The notes: a model not told the origin generated them from the sequence alone. Positions 21,503 to 30,950 are shown, counted from the first letter of the stretch. The stretch: 64,000 nucleotides of DNA from an uncultured beta proteobacterium (GCA_963792855.1 CAWBXZ010000001.1:154246-218245); one strand, 5' to 3'. Numbers and translations: made by a program.

Positions 21503-22459
21503 ATGACAAATGCCGCTGCCGACGGGCTGTATCCACCGATTGATGCATTCGACCGAAGGACGCTTGCGGTAACGTCACCGCATGGCCTTTATGTCGAGCA
21601 AAGCGGGAATCCGTCCGGCTTTCCTGTCGTGTTCTTGCATGGCGGCCCGGGCAGCCAGACCAATCCGGATCACCGCCGTTATTTCGATCCCGCTTTTTAC
21701 CGTGTGGTGCTGTTTGACCAGCGCGGCTGTGGCCGTTCTACGCCTGCCGGCTGCACGCAAGCCAACACGACGTGGGATCTGGTGGGCGACATGGAAGAAA
21801 TCCGGCGCAGTCTGAAAATCGACAGGTGGCTGCTGTTCGGCGGGTCATGGGGCAGTACGCTTGCATTGGTCTATGCCGGTCTACACCAGCAACGGGTTGC
21901 CGGGATGATTCTGCGCGGCGTGTTTCTTTCCGATCGCCCGGAATTGGACTGGTATCTCAACGGCTTGCGCCGATTTGTGCCCGAAGCCTGGCAACGGCTG
22001 ACCGGGGGCGACCCGGAGCGCATCATCGAGCGTTATCATCGTGACGTGAATCATGTAGATCGGGCTTTTGCGGTCGAAGCCGCGCGTCGCTGGGTTGAGT
22101 ACGAGCAGAGTGTCATGGCGATTGGCGCTGTTTCCACACCATCGGCAGGCGTTGGTGACGAATCCGCCTTGCTTGCGCGCGCCCGTGTGCAACTGCATTA
22201 TCTGGCTGCCGGCTGTTTTCTGCGTGAGGGTCAGTTGTTTGAAAGCGCAAACGGGATCCAGGCACCTGCCATCGTAGTGCAAGGACGCACGGATATGGTT
22301 TGTCCGCCGGTGACGGCATTTGAGCTGAGCCGGCGGTTGCCGAATGCGCAATTGCGTGTCATCGAGCAGGCGGGTCATTCTGCAGCAGGGCAGCGGCTGG
22401 CACCGGCTTTGCGCAGCGCGGCCGACGATATGCGTACCGTTGTTGCAGCGACAGCATGA
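21503..22459 (+). CDS. pip: Prolyl aminopeptidase (proline iminopeptidase, S33)
   Basis: LYPPI, HGGPG, FDQRGCGRS, GGSWGS nucleophile, QGRTDMVCP, AGHS. Confidence 0.92.
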   Translation: MTNAAADGLYPPIDAFDRRTLAVTSPHGLYVEQSGNPSGFPVVFLHGGPGSQTNPDHRRYFDPAFYRVVLFDQRGCGRSTPAGCTQANTTWDLVGDMEEIRRSLKIDRWLLFGGSWGSTLALVYAGLHQQRVAGMILRGVFLSDRPELDWYLNGLRRFVPEAWQRLTGGDPERIIERYHRDVNHVDRAFAVEAARRWVEYEQSVMAIGAVSTPSAGVGDESALLARARVQLHYLAAGCFLREGQLFESANGIQAPAIVVQGRTDMVCPPVTAFELSRRLPNAQLRVIEQAGHSAAGQRLAPALRSAADDMRTVVAATA

Positions 22460-24210
22460 GCCTGCGTTTTCGCATCAATCTGGTTATCACCGCAGTGGTT
22501 GCGGGTTTTGCGGTCGTGACGGCCTACCTTCTGGTCGGCGACCTGAGCAAATCCATCAACGAAGAAATCGAGGCCGGCACGCGAGTCACGGTGCAACTGC
22601 TCGAAACAGTCATCGCCAGCTCGCAGGAAGTCGCTGCGGGTGGCAACGAGATGGTCGGGCTGGCGATGTTTCTGCGCGATGCGGGCCGGGTGCGTGCCAA
22701 TGAAATTCGCCTCTACGACGCGCTGGACAATCTGATCTACGAGTCGCCCCCATCCGTTTACAAACAGGGCAGATGGGCGCCGGAATGGTTCGCGTCCCTG
22801 GTGCGCCCCCCTGTCAGGGAGTTTCGCCTGTCCATGCCGGGAGGCACGATCGTGGTAACCCCTGATGCGTCGCGGTCGATTCTCGATGCCTGGGACGAGC
22901 TGAAATGGCTGGGCGGGTTACTGGTGGCGTTCTTCGTGTTGCTGAATCTTGTCGTTTTCTGGCTGCTTGGCCGTGCGATGCAGCCGCTGGGCGGTATCCT
23001 CAAGGGACTTTCGGAGATGGAACAGGGCCGCTTTTCCGTACGGTTGCCTGATTACGACTTGCCGGAATTCGCCTCGATCAGCCACACGTTCAACCGTATG
23101 GCACAGGCGCTGGAGGACAGCATGATGGAAAATCGCCGTCTCGCGCTGGTTGCGCAACAGTCGAGCGATGCCATCATCATCCACGACCTCTCCGGCCGGG
23201 TGTCGTTCTGGAATGCGGCGGCGGAAAGGATGTTTGGTTACCAGGCGAACGAGATTCTTGGCAGATCCGCGACCAAAATTGCACCACCGGAGCGGCAGTC
23301 CGAACTGCGCGAAACCCTCGAGGCGATTCGCCGCCGCAAGCGTGTCGAACATTTCGAGACCCAACGCCTGACCAAGTCGGGCGAGCGCGTTGACGTTGCA
23401 CTGTCGGCGGCTCCGCTGGTTGATCCGGCAACGGACGAGGTAATCGGCGAGATTTGCGCCATGCGCGATATGACCGAGCACAAGCGAATGCAGGCCACGG
23501 AACAGGAACTCGAGCGCAACCGGCGGCTGACGCAGCTGATCCAGTCGAAGCTGGAAGAAGAACGCCGCAATATCGCCCGTGAACTGCACGACGAACTGGG
23601 GCAGTGCGTGACCGCGATCAAGACGGTGGGAACCGCGATTGCCAACCGCCGCGATGAAACATCGGAAGAAACGCGCAAAAACGCCGGTACCATCGTCTCG
23701 GTCGCATCGCATATCTACGACGTTGTTCATGGCATTATCAGGCAATTGCGTCCGAGCGCGCTCGACCACCTGGGGTTGCGAGAAGCACTGCGTGACGCGG
23801 TCGCTGTCTTTCAGTCGCGACACCCGGAACTTGCCGTGAGCATCAACATGGGTGAGGAAATCGACGGCTTCGGAGAAAGCATCAACATTACGGTGTATCG
23901 CATTGTTCAGGAATGTCTGACCAACGTGGCACGCCACGCCGAAGCGACGCAGGCGGTGATTTCGGTATCAAGAATAAAGGACCCGGGCTGCGGCGAAGCG
24001 CTGGAGTTGCGGGTGAAGGACAACGGCAAAGGGCTGGATGACCAGGTTGATTTGTCTGGTTCCAGGCGTTTCGGGCTGATGGGGATGCGGGAGAGGGTGC
24101 AGGCGTTTGGCGGCAATCTGGAAATCTCCGGTGGACCGGGCCAGGGCGTGCTGGTGAAAGCGGTCATTCCGGTCAAACAGCCGCAGCCCGAGCTGGCGGC
24201 GCTCGGCTGA
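22456..24210 (+). CDS. Membrane sensor histidine kinase (MoxY-like periplasmic domain, HAMP, PAS, HisKA_3)
   Basis: Two TMs, APEWF, WNAAAERMFGY (PAS), ERRNIARELHDELGQ, QECLTNVARHA, FGLMGMRERV. Confidence 0.9.
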   Translation: MSLRFRINLVITAVVAGFAVVTAYLLVGDLSKSINEEIEAGTRVTVQLLETVIASSQEVAAGGNEMVGLAMFLRDAGRVRANEIRLYDALDNLIYESPPSVYKQGRWAPEWFASLVRPPVREFRLSMPGGTIVVTPDASRSILDAWDELKWLGGLLVAFFVLLNLVVFWLLGRAMQPLGGILKGLSEMEQGRFSVRLPDYDLPEFASISHTFNRMAQALEDSMMENRRLALVAQQSSDAIIIHDLSGRVSFWNAAAERMFGYQANEILGRSATKIAPPERQSELRETLEAIRRRKRVEHFETQRLTKSGERVDVALSAAPLVDPATDEVIGEICAMRDMTEHKRMQATEQELERNRRLTQLIQSKLEEERRNIARELHDELGQCVTAIKTVGTAIANRRDETSEETRKNAGTIVSVASHIYDVVHGIIRQLRPSALDHLGLREALRDAVAVFQSRHPELAVSINMGEEIDGFGESINITVYRIVQECLTNVARHAEATQAVISVSRIKDPGCGEALELRVKDNGKGLDDQVDLSGSRRFGLMGMRERVQAFGGNLEISGGPGQGVLVKAVIPVKQPQPELAALG

Positions 24211-24236
24211 TGCGCCAAGGCCGCAGGTAATCAGGA

Positions 24237-24881
24237 ATGCGCGATCAAGACATAGGAGTAATGCTGGTCGACGACCATGCCGTCGTGCGAATGGGGTTTC
24301 GCTTGCTGCTCGAAGGCTCGAGCGATATAAAGGTCCTGGGTGAGGCCGACAGCGGCGAGGAAGCAGTGCGCCGCTTTGGCGAAATGAAACCGGATGTCAT
24401 TGTGATGGACATTTCAATGCCCGGAATTGGCGGTCTCGAAGCCATAGACCGGATTCTTGCAAAAGACCCGGGGGTGCGCATCCTGGTGTTGTCGGCGCAC
24501 GAGGACGCGATGCACGCGCGGCGTGTCCTCAAAGCGGGTGCGGCCGGCTATCTCACCAAGCGCAGTGCAGCGGAGGAACTGATCCGGGCGATCAGGGTGG
24601 TTTCGCAGGGCAAGACCTACCTCGAGCCCGGCATCGCGCAACAGATGGCGGTTGAGCAGGTCTCGGGGCAGCGTAATCCGGTAGATACCCTTAGCGAAAA
24701 GGAGTTCAAGGTGTTCCTGTCACTGGCCAGCGGCCGCTCGGTTCAGGAGATAGCCGAGGTCATGTCGCTCAGCCCGCGCACGGTCGGCACCCATCTGTAC
24801 AACATCAAACAGAAGCTGGGGGCATCAAACAGTGCCGAACTGGCCATTATCGCGATACGGGCAGGGCTCATAGACCCTTGA
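24237..24881 (+). CDS. NarL/LuxR-family response regulator
   Basis: [34 protein letters not shown]. Confidence 0.93.
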   Translation: MRDQDIGVMLVDDHAVVRMGFRLLLEGSSDIKVLGEADSGEEAVRRFGEMKPDVIVMDISMPGIGGLEAIDRILAKDPGVRILVLSAHEDAMHARRVLKAGAAGYLTKRSAAEELIRAIRVVSQGKTYLEPGIAQQMAVEQVSGQRNPVDTLSEKEFKVFLSLASGRSVQEIAEVMSLSPRTVGTHLYNIKQKLGASNSAELAIIAIRAGLIDP

Positions 24882-24924
24882 AATACATGTATATTTTCTT
24901 AATCTCCCAGGCCATCGGGACGTT

Positions 24925-24959
24925 TCTAATGAAAATCATGAGTGGCTTTTACGCGTTTT
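24925..24959 (+). promoter_or_regulatory. Imperfect copy of the pqqA1 upstream box
   Basis: TCTAATGAAAATCATGAGTGGCTTTTACGCGTTTT matches the minus strand of 20108-20142 at 27 of 35 positions (16 of 19 in the palindrome). Confidence 0.65.
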
Positions 24960-25052
24960 GCGCTGTTGACCCGGCCGCGGGATAGCGAGAATGCGTACGT
25001 CGGTTGTACAGACACCCCGGTTAGTAAAACTTTCATGAAGAGGAATCAAACC

Positions 25053-25124
25053 ATGTGGACCAAACCCGAATTCACCGAAATGCGTTTTGGCTTTGAAGTC
25101 ACGATGTACATCGCCAACCGCTAA
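25053..25124 (+). CDS. pqqA: PQQ precursor peptide, copy 2
   Basis: [23 protein letters not shown], with a GAGGA RBS. Confidence 0.97.
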   Translation: MWTKPEFTEMRFGFEVTMYIANR

Positions 25125-25138
25125 TTACCGGTTAGTGT

Positions 25139-25170
25139 CGAAAAAGGCTGCCTTCGGGCAGCCTTTTTCG
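25139..25170 (+). terminator. Intrinsic terminator after pqqA2
   Basis: CGAAAAAGGCTGCC-TTCG-GGCAGCCTTTTTCG. Confidence 0.9.
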
Positions 25171-25247
25171 TTTGTGGCCTCTTTATCCTTTATGGTGTCG
25201 TAAACTGGAACTATCTGAAACAAATAAAAAGAGCAGAGGAGGAGCAG

Positions 25248-27440
25248 GTGGACAGGAACAGCCAAACGGCCGTCGCTTGGGTCGCATATGGGGTTTTGAA
25301 CAACCCTCTGAAGATCGTTTCATTACCCGCCAGGCCGGTTTGTCTGGCATTGACAATCGTGGCCGGTTCGTTGGCTGCAACGGCGGCTCTCGCCGAGGAA
25401 GAAACGATCAATGTCGCGCCCGTCGTGGTGACGCCGACGCGGGTAGAGCAATCGAGTTTTGACCTGCCGGTTTCGGTCGATGCGTTTGACAAGCAGGACA
25501 TCCAGACTGCACAGCCACAGGTCAACGTTTCGGAAGTGCTGGTCAAGGCCCCCGGAGTGGTTGCCAATGACCGGCAGAACTTCACACAGGATCTTCAAAT
25601 CTCCATCCGTGGTTTCGGAGCCCGCGCTGCATTTGGCGTACGCGGCATACGGATCATCGCCGATGGTATTCCGCTCACCATGCCTGACGGCCAAAGCCAG
25701 GCAGGCAATATCGACCTTGGCACCGCCGAGCGCGTCGAAGTGCTGCGCGGCCCGTTTTCGTCGCTCTACGGCAATTCGTCGGGCGGCGTCATCAACGTGT
25801 TTACCGAAGACGGACCTGAGCAACCCACGGTGACGGGTTCGGCCTGGGTGGGCGATTTCGGCAGTAGCAAAATTGACCTGAAGGCGGGCGGCCAACAAGG
25901 CCTCGTCAATTATGTTGCCAATGTGTCCCGCTATGATACTGACGGTTATCGGGAACACAGTGCGGCCACACGCGATATTTTGAACACGAAAGTGCGTATG
26001 GATGTCAGCGATGACACCAGCGTTACCGTCATTGCGAACGCACTGCGCCAGCCGGATTCACTGGATCCCGGCAGCTTGACGAAAGCGCAAGTCGAGGCTG
26101 ATCCGACACAGGCAGCCGCTTCGTCGATTCTGTATAACACCCGCGAGTCCGTAGACAATTCCCAGGCGGGTGCCGTACTTGAGCAGCGATTGTCTTCTTC
26201 GGATACTCTCCGCTTTGCCGGTTACGCTGGAACGCGGGATGTGGAAGGATACCTCGGGTTCGGTGGCACGGCTTTCACCGTGGGTCGTGGCGTCATTGGA
26301 CTGGACCGGGAATTCTATGGCCTTGACGCCCGATGGACACGGCAAACCCTGTTGGCAGACAGACCAATGACATTCACCATTGGCCTGAACTACGACAACA
26401 TGGAGGAACGGCGTAAGAGCTGGTCGAATAATTTCGGTGTCAAGGGCGAGTTGGGGCGCGACGAGGACAACACGGTATTCAATTTCGATCAGTTTGCTCA
26501 GGCCGAGTGGCTGCTCACAGATCGCTGGAGCGTCAGTGGAGGTCTGCGGCACAGCACGGTGAAGTTCGAGAGCAAGGATTACTTTGTTACCGGCACAAAC
26601 CCGGACGATAGCGGCAACCTCGAATTCAGCGAAACAACGCCGGTGATCGGGGCCGTGTTCAAGGTTACCCCGGTATTCAATCTCTACGCCAACTATGGCA
26701 AAGGTTTCGAGACGCCAACGTACGTCGAGCTGGCTTACGCCTCCTCCGACGGATCGGTGACCGGGCTGAACTATGACTTGAAAGCGTCGACCAGCAACAA
26801 CTACGAGATTGGCGCAAAGGCCTTCCTGGGCGCATATACGCGCGTCAACGCCGCGGTTTTCGTGATTGATACCAAGGACGAGGTGGCAGTGTTCACCAAT
26901 CAGCGCGGCCGCGCGGTTTATCAGAATATCGACGGGACCAGCCGCGAGGGTTTCGAACTGACGATCGACAGTGAGTTCGGGAATGGCCTCGCCGGGCTGC
27001 TAACTTATTCCTACATCGATGCGACCTATGACAATGCGTTCGGATCGTGCGTCGGAGTGTGTTCGACGCCCGCAGGACCGAATACTCTGGTACCTGCCGG
27101 CAATAAAATCCCCGGCATTCCGGCGAATGTCGTCTACGGCGAGCTCGCCTGGGCCAGCGGCGATGGCATGTTCACTGCGTTGGAAGTGCGCTGGAGCGAC
27201 AAGGTCTTCGTAAACGATATCAACGACGAGTTTGCCGACGCATACACTGTCATGAACTGGCGTCTTGCCTTCCAACAGGCCATTGCAGGCTGGAGGGTCA
27301 CCGAGTTCGCCCGGGTCAACAATATTCTTGACGAGCAGTACGTGGGTTCCGTGGTTCTCAACGACTCGGACCGTGCCTATTACGAACCTTCGCCGGGCCG
27401 CAACTTCATCGTCGGCGCGTCGCTCAGCTACGCGTTCTGA
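25248..27440 (+). CDS. TonB-dependent receptor, YncD/PqqU-like (candidate PQQ importer)
   Basis: Plug motif RQNFTQDLQISIRGFGARAAFGVRGIR..DGIPLTMPDGQSQ, EVLRGPFSSLYGNSSGGVI, FETPT, YEPSPGRN and a C-terminal F. These resemble E. coli YncD (PqqU) as I recall it. Start uncertain. Confidence 0.85.
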   Translation: MDRNSQTAVAWVAYGVLNNPLKIVSLPARPVCLALTIVAGSLAATAALAEEETINVAPVVVTPTRVEQSSFDLPVSVDAFDKQDIQTAQPQVNVSEVLVKAPGVVANDRQNFTQDLQISIRGFGARAAFGVRGIRIIADGIPLTMPDGQSQAGNIDLGTAERVEVLRGPFSSLYGNSSGGVINVFTEDGPEQPTVTGSAWVGDFGSSKIDLKAGGQQGLVNYVANVSRYDTDGYREHSAATRDILNTKVRMDVSDDTSVTVIANALRQPDSLDPGSLTKAQVEADPTQAAASSILYNTRESVDNSQAGAVLEQRLSSSDTLRFAGYAGTRDVEGYLGFGGTAFTVGRGVIGLDREFYGLDARWTRQTLLADRPMTFTIGLNYDNMEERRKSWSNNFGVKGELGRDEDNTVFNFDQFAQAEWLLTDRWSVSGGLRHSTVKFESKDYFVTGTNPDDSGNLEFSETTPVIGAVFKVTPVFNLYANYGKGFETPTYVELAYASSDGSVTGLNYDLKASTSNNYEIGAKAFLGAYTRVNAAVFVIDTKDEVAVFTNQRGRAVYQNIDGTSREGFELTIDSEFGNGLAGLLTYSYIDATYDNAFGSCVGVCSTPAGPNTLVPAGNKIPGIPANVVYGELAWASGDGMFTALEVRWSDKVFVNDINDEFADAYTVMNWRLAFQQAIAGWRVTEFARVNNILDEQYVGSVVLNDSDRAYYEPSPGRNFIVGASLSYAF

Positions 27441-27571
27441 ACCCGCCACGTTGACTTGCTGGCAGGGCAAGGCAAGGAGCCCCGCGGGACTGTAGGTCCG
27501 GGGGGGTTGTCAGTGCCTGAAAGGGCGCCTAAGATTTGGCGCTAACCAATAAGAATCAAGGAGTCGTAAAG

Positions 27572-28111
27572 GTGCAATCAGCCGGTCGATACACGAATGT
27601 GGCGATTATCCTGCACTGGATTGTTGCGGTGCTGGTGTTGGTCCTGATTGGGCTTGGCGTGTATATGGTCGATATTCCACGCGGCACGCCTGAACGCGCC
27701 TACTTCTATAACCTTCACAAATCGATCGGGCTGACGACGGGGATTATTGTTCTGATCCGTTACTGGTGGCGCAGGAGAAATCCGCCACCGCCACTGCCCT
27801 CGTCGATGCCGGCGTGGCAGGTCACCGCATCGAACATCAGCCATGCATTGCTGTACGCCATGCTGATCATGATGCCCATCGCCGGTTTTACCGCTTCGCA
27901 GTTCACCAAGTATGGCGTCACGTATTTTGGATTGTTCAAGATACCGCCGATGGGGCCGCAAAACCAGGTGTTATACGATTTCTTCCAGGGCGTGCATGAG
28001 AACACGTCCTACGTTTTGATGGTCGTCGTGATTGTGCACATCCTCGCAGCGCTGCAGCATCTGTTACTGAAAAAAGACGGCATATTCCAGAGGATGTTGC
28101 CTGGCGGCTAG
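27572..28111 (+). CDS. Cytochrome b561 (CybB/YceJ family)
   Basis: LHW, HKSIG, H..LY, HILAALQH..KDGIFQRM; AAGGAG RBS before GTG 27572. Confidence 0.9.
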   Translation: MQSAGRYTNVAIILHWIVAVLVLVLIGLGVYMVDIPRGTPERAYFYNLHKSIGLTTGIIVLIRYWWRRRNPPPPLPSSMPAWQVTASNISHALLYAMLIMMPIAGFTASQFTKYGVTYFGLFKIPPMGPQNQVLYDFFQGVHENTSYVLMVVVIVHILAALQHLLLKKDGIFQRMLPGG

Positions 28112-28375
28112 CCCGCGATGCGGCCAGGCCGTTGCCAGGCAAGGCCGCCGATGCCACTGCGCAGCCTGACGCCCTCGCAGTGTGATGCCCGCTCGCATTG
28201 AAATCTCCAACGATGGCTTCGGCACTGCGCGTCGCGACAGCGGCACGCAGGTGGCAGGCGCCGCTGGCTGTTTACCCGGGTGCAAATTCATTGCGTATTT
28301 TGTTCGTCGCCTTTTCCGCAATCTGCGCGGCGGTTTTAAAGTGATTTATCGGTATCAGACTGGAGTAACGATCAA

Positions 28376-29947
28376 ATGAATACCCCTGCGAAGAGTGGTG
28401 ACGAAGGCAAACCCAAGCTGATAGTCCGAAACGCCCGCCTGGAGGATATCGCCACCATTCAATCCGTGTATCGAAAGGTCTATTCGGATATACCGGGGTA
28501 TTCGGAAGCGCAACTTCGAGGGCAGATGCTGACCTTTCCGATGGGCCAGTTCGTCGCGGAGTACGAAGGTCAGGTTGTTGGCTACTGTGCCACTTTCCGC
28601 ATTTCAGAGCGCGTTGCCTTCCAGCCGCATGACTGGATGGAGATTACCGGTAGCGGCTTCGCTTCGCGCCATGAGTCGGATGGCGACTGGTTATACGGCA
28701 TGGAAGTTTTCGTTGACCCGCAGATGCGGGGCTCTCGCATTGGGCAGCGCCTGTACAACGAACGCAAGGACTTGTGCACTCGTCTCGGCCTGAAGGGGAT
28801 TGTATTCGGCGGTCGGTTGCCAGGTTTGTCCCGCCGCTGGAAGAAGGTCGGTTCGGCCGACGCGTATGTAAATCTGGTCAAGGAAAAGAAGATAAGAGAC
28901 CGGGTGCTGAGCTTTCAGTTGCGAAATGGCTTCGAAGTCATGGGTGTGCTCGCGAATTATTTGCCCACGGACCGGGAATCAATGGGCTATGCAGCCCATC
29001 TCATCTGGCGTAACCCGAAATATCAAAATCCGACTCGGGATGTGCGCCAGCAGCGTGGCAGGATTTCGGAAACGGTTCGTGTGTCGTTGGTGCAGTATCA
29101 ACAGCGGCGCGTATCTTCTTTCAAGGAGTTCGGACACCAGGTCGAATACTTCGTCGATGTGGTGGCAGACTACAAATCGGATTTTGTCGTTTTCCCCGAG
29201 CTGTTCACGCTGCAATTGCTGTCGATCGAGAACCAGCAGATCCCGGCATCCGCGGCGATAGAGACGCTGACCGGGTACACGGAACCCCTGAAGGAACTGC
29301 TTTCGGATCTGGCTGTGCGATACAACATCAACATCATTGGCGGTTCGCATCCAACACACGACGAAAGCGGCAACATACTCAACATTTGTTATGTCTGCTT
29401 GCGAGACGGGTCGGTGCACGGCCAGGCGAAGATTCATCCGACGCCGAACGAGCGTTACTGGTGGAACATCGAGGGCGGTGACGATCTGCATACGATCATG
29501 ACCGATTGCGGCCCGATCGGGGTGATGATCTGCTATGACTGCGAGTTCCCGGAGCTTGCCCGGCATCTGGTTGATCAGGGTGCACAAATCCTGTTTGTCC
29601 CATTCTGTACCGATGAGCGTCAAAGTTACATGCGCGTCCGGTATTGTGCCCAGGCGCGAGCTGTCGAGAACCAGTGTTTTGTCGCAATGGCCGGTAATGT
29701 CGGCAATCTGCCCAATGTCGACAATATGGACATCCAGTACGCGCAAAGTTGCATCCTCACGCCGTGTGATTTCCCGTTTGCACGCGACGGCATCGCCGCC
29801 GATACGACACCGAACGTTGAAATGGTTGCGTTTGCCGATTTGCGACTGGAAGACCTCAAGGCCGGCCGCAGGTCGGGTACGGTGCAGAACCTGAAAGACC
29901 GCCGGTTCGATCTTTACTCGGTAAACTGGAAGCGCCGCAGTATCTGA
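28376..29947 (+). CDS. Bifunctional GNAT acetyltransferase / carbon-nitrogen hydrolase (YhcX-like)
   Basis: GNAT V..RG.RIGQRLY..RK; nitrilase-family triad in FPE, KIH and ICYDCEFPE. Confidence 0.9.
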   Translation: MNTPAKSGDEGKPKLIVRNARLEDIATIQSVYRKVYSDIPGYSEAQLRGQMLTFPMGQFVAEYEGQVVGYCATFRISERVAFQPHDWMEITGSGFASRHESDGDWLYGMEVFVDPQMRGSRIGQRLYNERKDLCTRLGLKGIVFGGRLPGLSRRWKKVGSADAYVNLVKEKKIRDRVLSFQLRNGFEVMGVLANYLPTDRESMGYAAHLIWRNPKYQNPTRDVRQQRGRISETVRVSLVQYQQRRVSSFKEFGHQVEYFVDVVADYKSDFVVFPELFTLQLLSIENQQIPASAAIETLTGYTEPLKELLSDLAVRYNINIIGGSHPTHDESGNILNICYVCLRDGSVHGQAKIHPTPNERYWWNIEGGDDLHTIMTDCGPIGVMICYDCEFPELARHLVDQGAQILFVPFCTDERQSYMRVRYCAQARAVENQCFVAMAGNVGNLPNVDNMDIQYAQSCILTPCDFPFARDGIAADTTPNVEMVAFADLRLEDLKAGRRSGTVQNLKDRRFDLYSVNWKRRSI

Positions 29948-30077
29948 GCGGGGACCGCAAAGCGGCAGCCGGTCAGCCTACGGCCTGCAAGGCAGGAGTT
30001 TCCGGGGTGAAGACACCAGTGGCGCTGCCTGAAATCAATCGGTTACGGCGCTTCGGGAAGACGCGCAAGGATACTAT

Positions 30078-30092
30078 TGACAATCATTCTCA
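30078..30092. promoter_or_regulatory. Fur box upstream of bfd
   Basis: TGACAAT-C-ATTCTCA matches TGATAAT-N-ATTATCA at 12 of 14 positions and overlaps TTGACA; bfd is a classic Fur target. Confidence 0.8.
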
Positions 30093-30144
30093 TTATGATT
30101 TAGCCTCGGCATCACAGTTTTGTCGATGACTGGGGAAACCGCCC

Positions 30145-30342
30145 GTGTACGTCTGTCTCTGCAATGGGGTAACAGAACACCAGATCCGCGATGCTTTATC
30201 GCAGGGGGCAGGGTCATTGCATGATCTTCGCAGCACGCTTGGTATCGCTACCTGTTGCGGCCGCTGCGCTGAATGCGCGCAGGAAATCATCGAGGAAGCA
30301 ACATCCCTGACGGACCCGGTTCCGGGCCTCCAGACCGTCTAG
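30145..30342 (+). CDS. bfd: Bacterioferritin-associated ferredoxin
   Basis: YVCLCNGVT..CCGRC. Confidence 0.93.
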   Translation: MYVCLCNGVTEHQIRDALSQGAGSLHDLRSTLGIATCCGRCAECAQEIIEEATSLTDPVPGLQTV

Positions 30343-30444
30343 GCCCTGGCAACCTGACGGTTTGCACTCGAGTGGTTGTTGGTGGTCATGCGCTGGCGGC
30401 TGTTGCCGCCTATAATTGCGCTGCATTCCAACTACGGAGTAAAC

Positions 30445-30915
30445 ATGAAGGGCGACGCAAAAGTCATCGGATATCTGAATCTGGTTCTGAAGAACGAGTT
30501 GACGGCGATTAACCAGTACTTTCTCCATTCGCGCATCTTCCGCAATTGGGGCCTGGGTCGGCTTGCCGAGCACGAGTACAAGGAATCCATCGACGAAATG
30601 AAGCACGCCGATTCTCTGATTGAGCGCATTCTGTTTCTGGAGGGATTGCCCAATCTGCAGGATCTTGACAAGTTGCTGATCGGTGAGAATCTGGAGGAAT
30701 GCCTGCAATGCGATCTGAAGCTGGAATTGCGGGCACACCCGGCGCTCAAAGACGCGATCGCTCACTGTGAGACGGTGGGAGATTACGTGTCGCGGGAGTT
30801 GTTCGAGAACATTCTCGAGAGCGAAGAAGAGCACATTGACTATCTGGAAACCCAGCTCGAATTGATCGGCAAACTCGGTATCCAGAACTACACTCAGTCA
30901 CAGCTGGGTGAATGA
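30445..30915 (+). CDS. bfr: Bacterioferritin
   Basis: [32 protein letters not shown]. Confidence 0.96.
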   Translation: MKGDAKVIGYLNLVLKNELTAINQYFLHSRIFRNWGLGRLAEHEYKESIDEMKHADSLIERILFLEGLPNLQDLDKLLIGENLEECLQCDLKLELRAHPALKDAIAHCETVGDYVSRELFENILESEEEHIDYLETQLELIGKLGIQNYTQSQLGE

Positions 30916-30950
30916 ATTTCCGATAGTCTGTTGACCTTCCCCTGCGAGTA

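Noticed and set aside
24942-25052. 60-aa N-terminally extended PqqA
   Set aside because: The RBS and the match to copy 1 place the start at ATG 25053.
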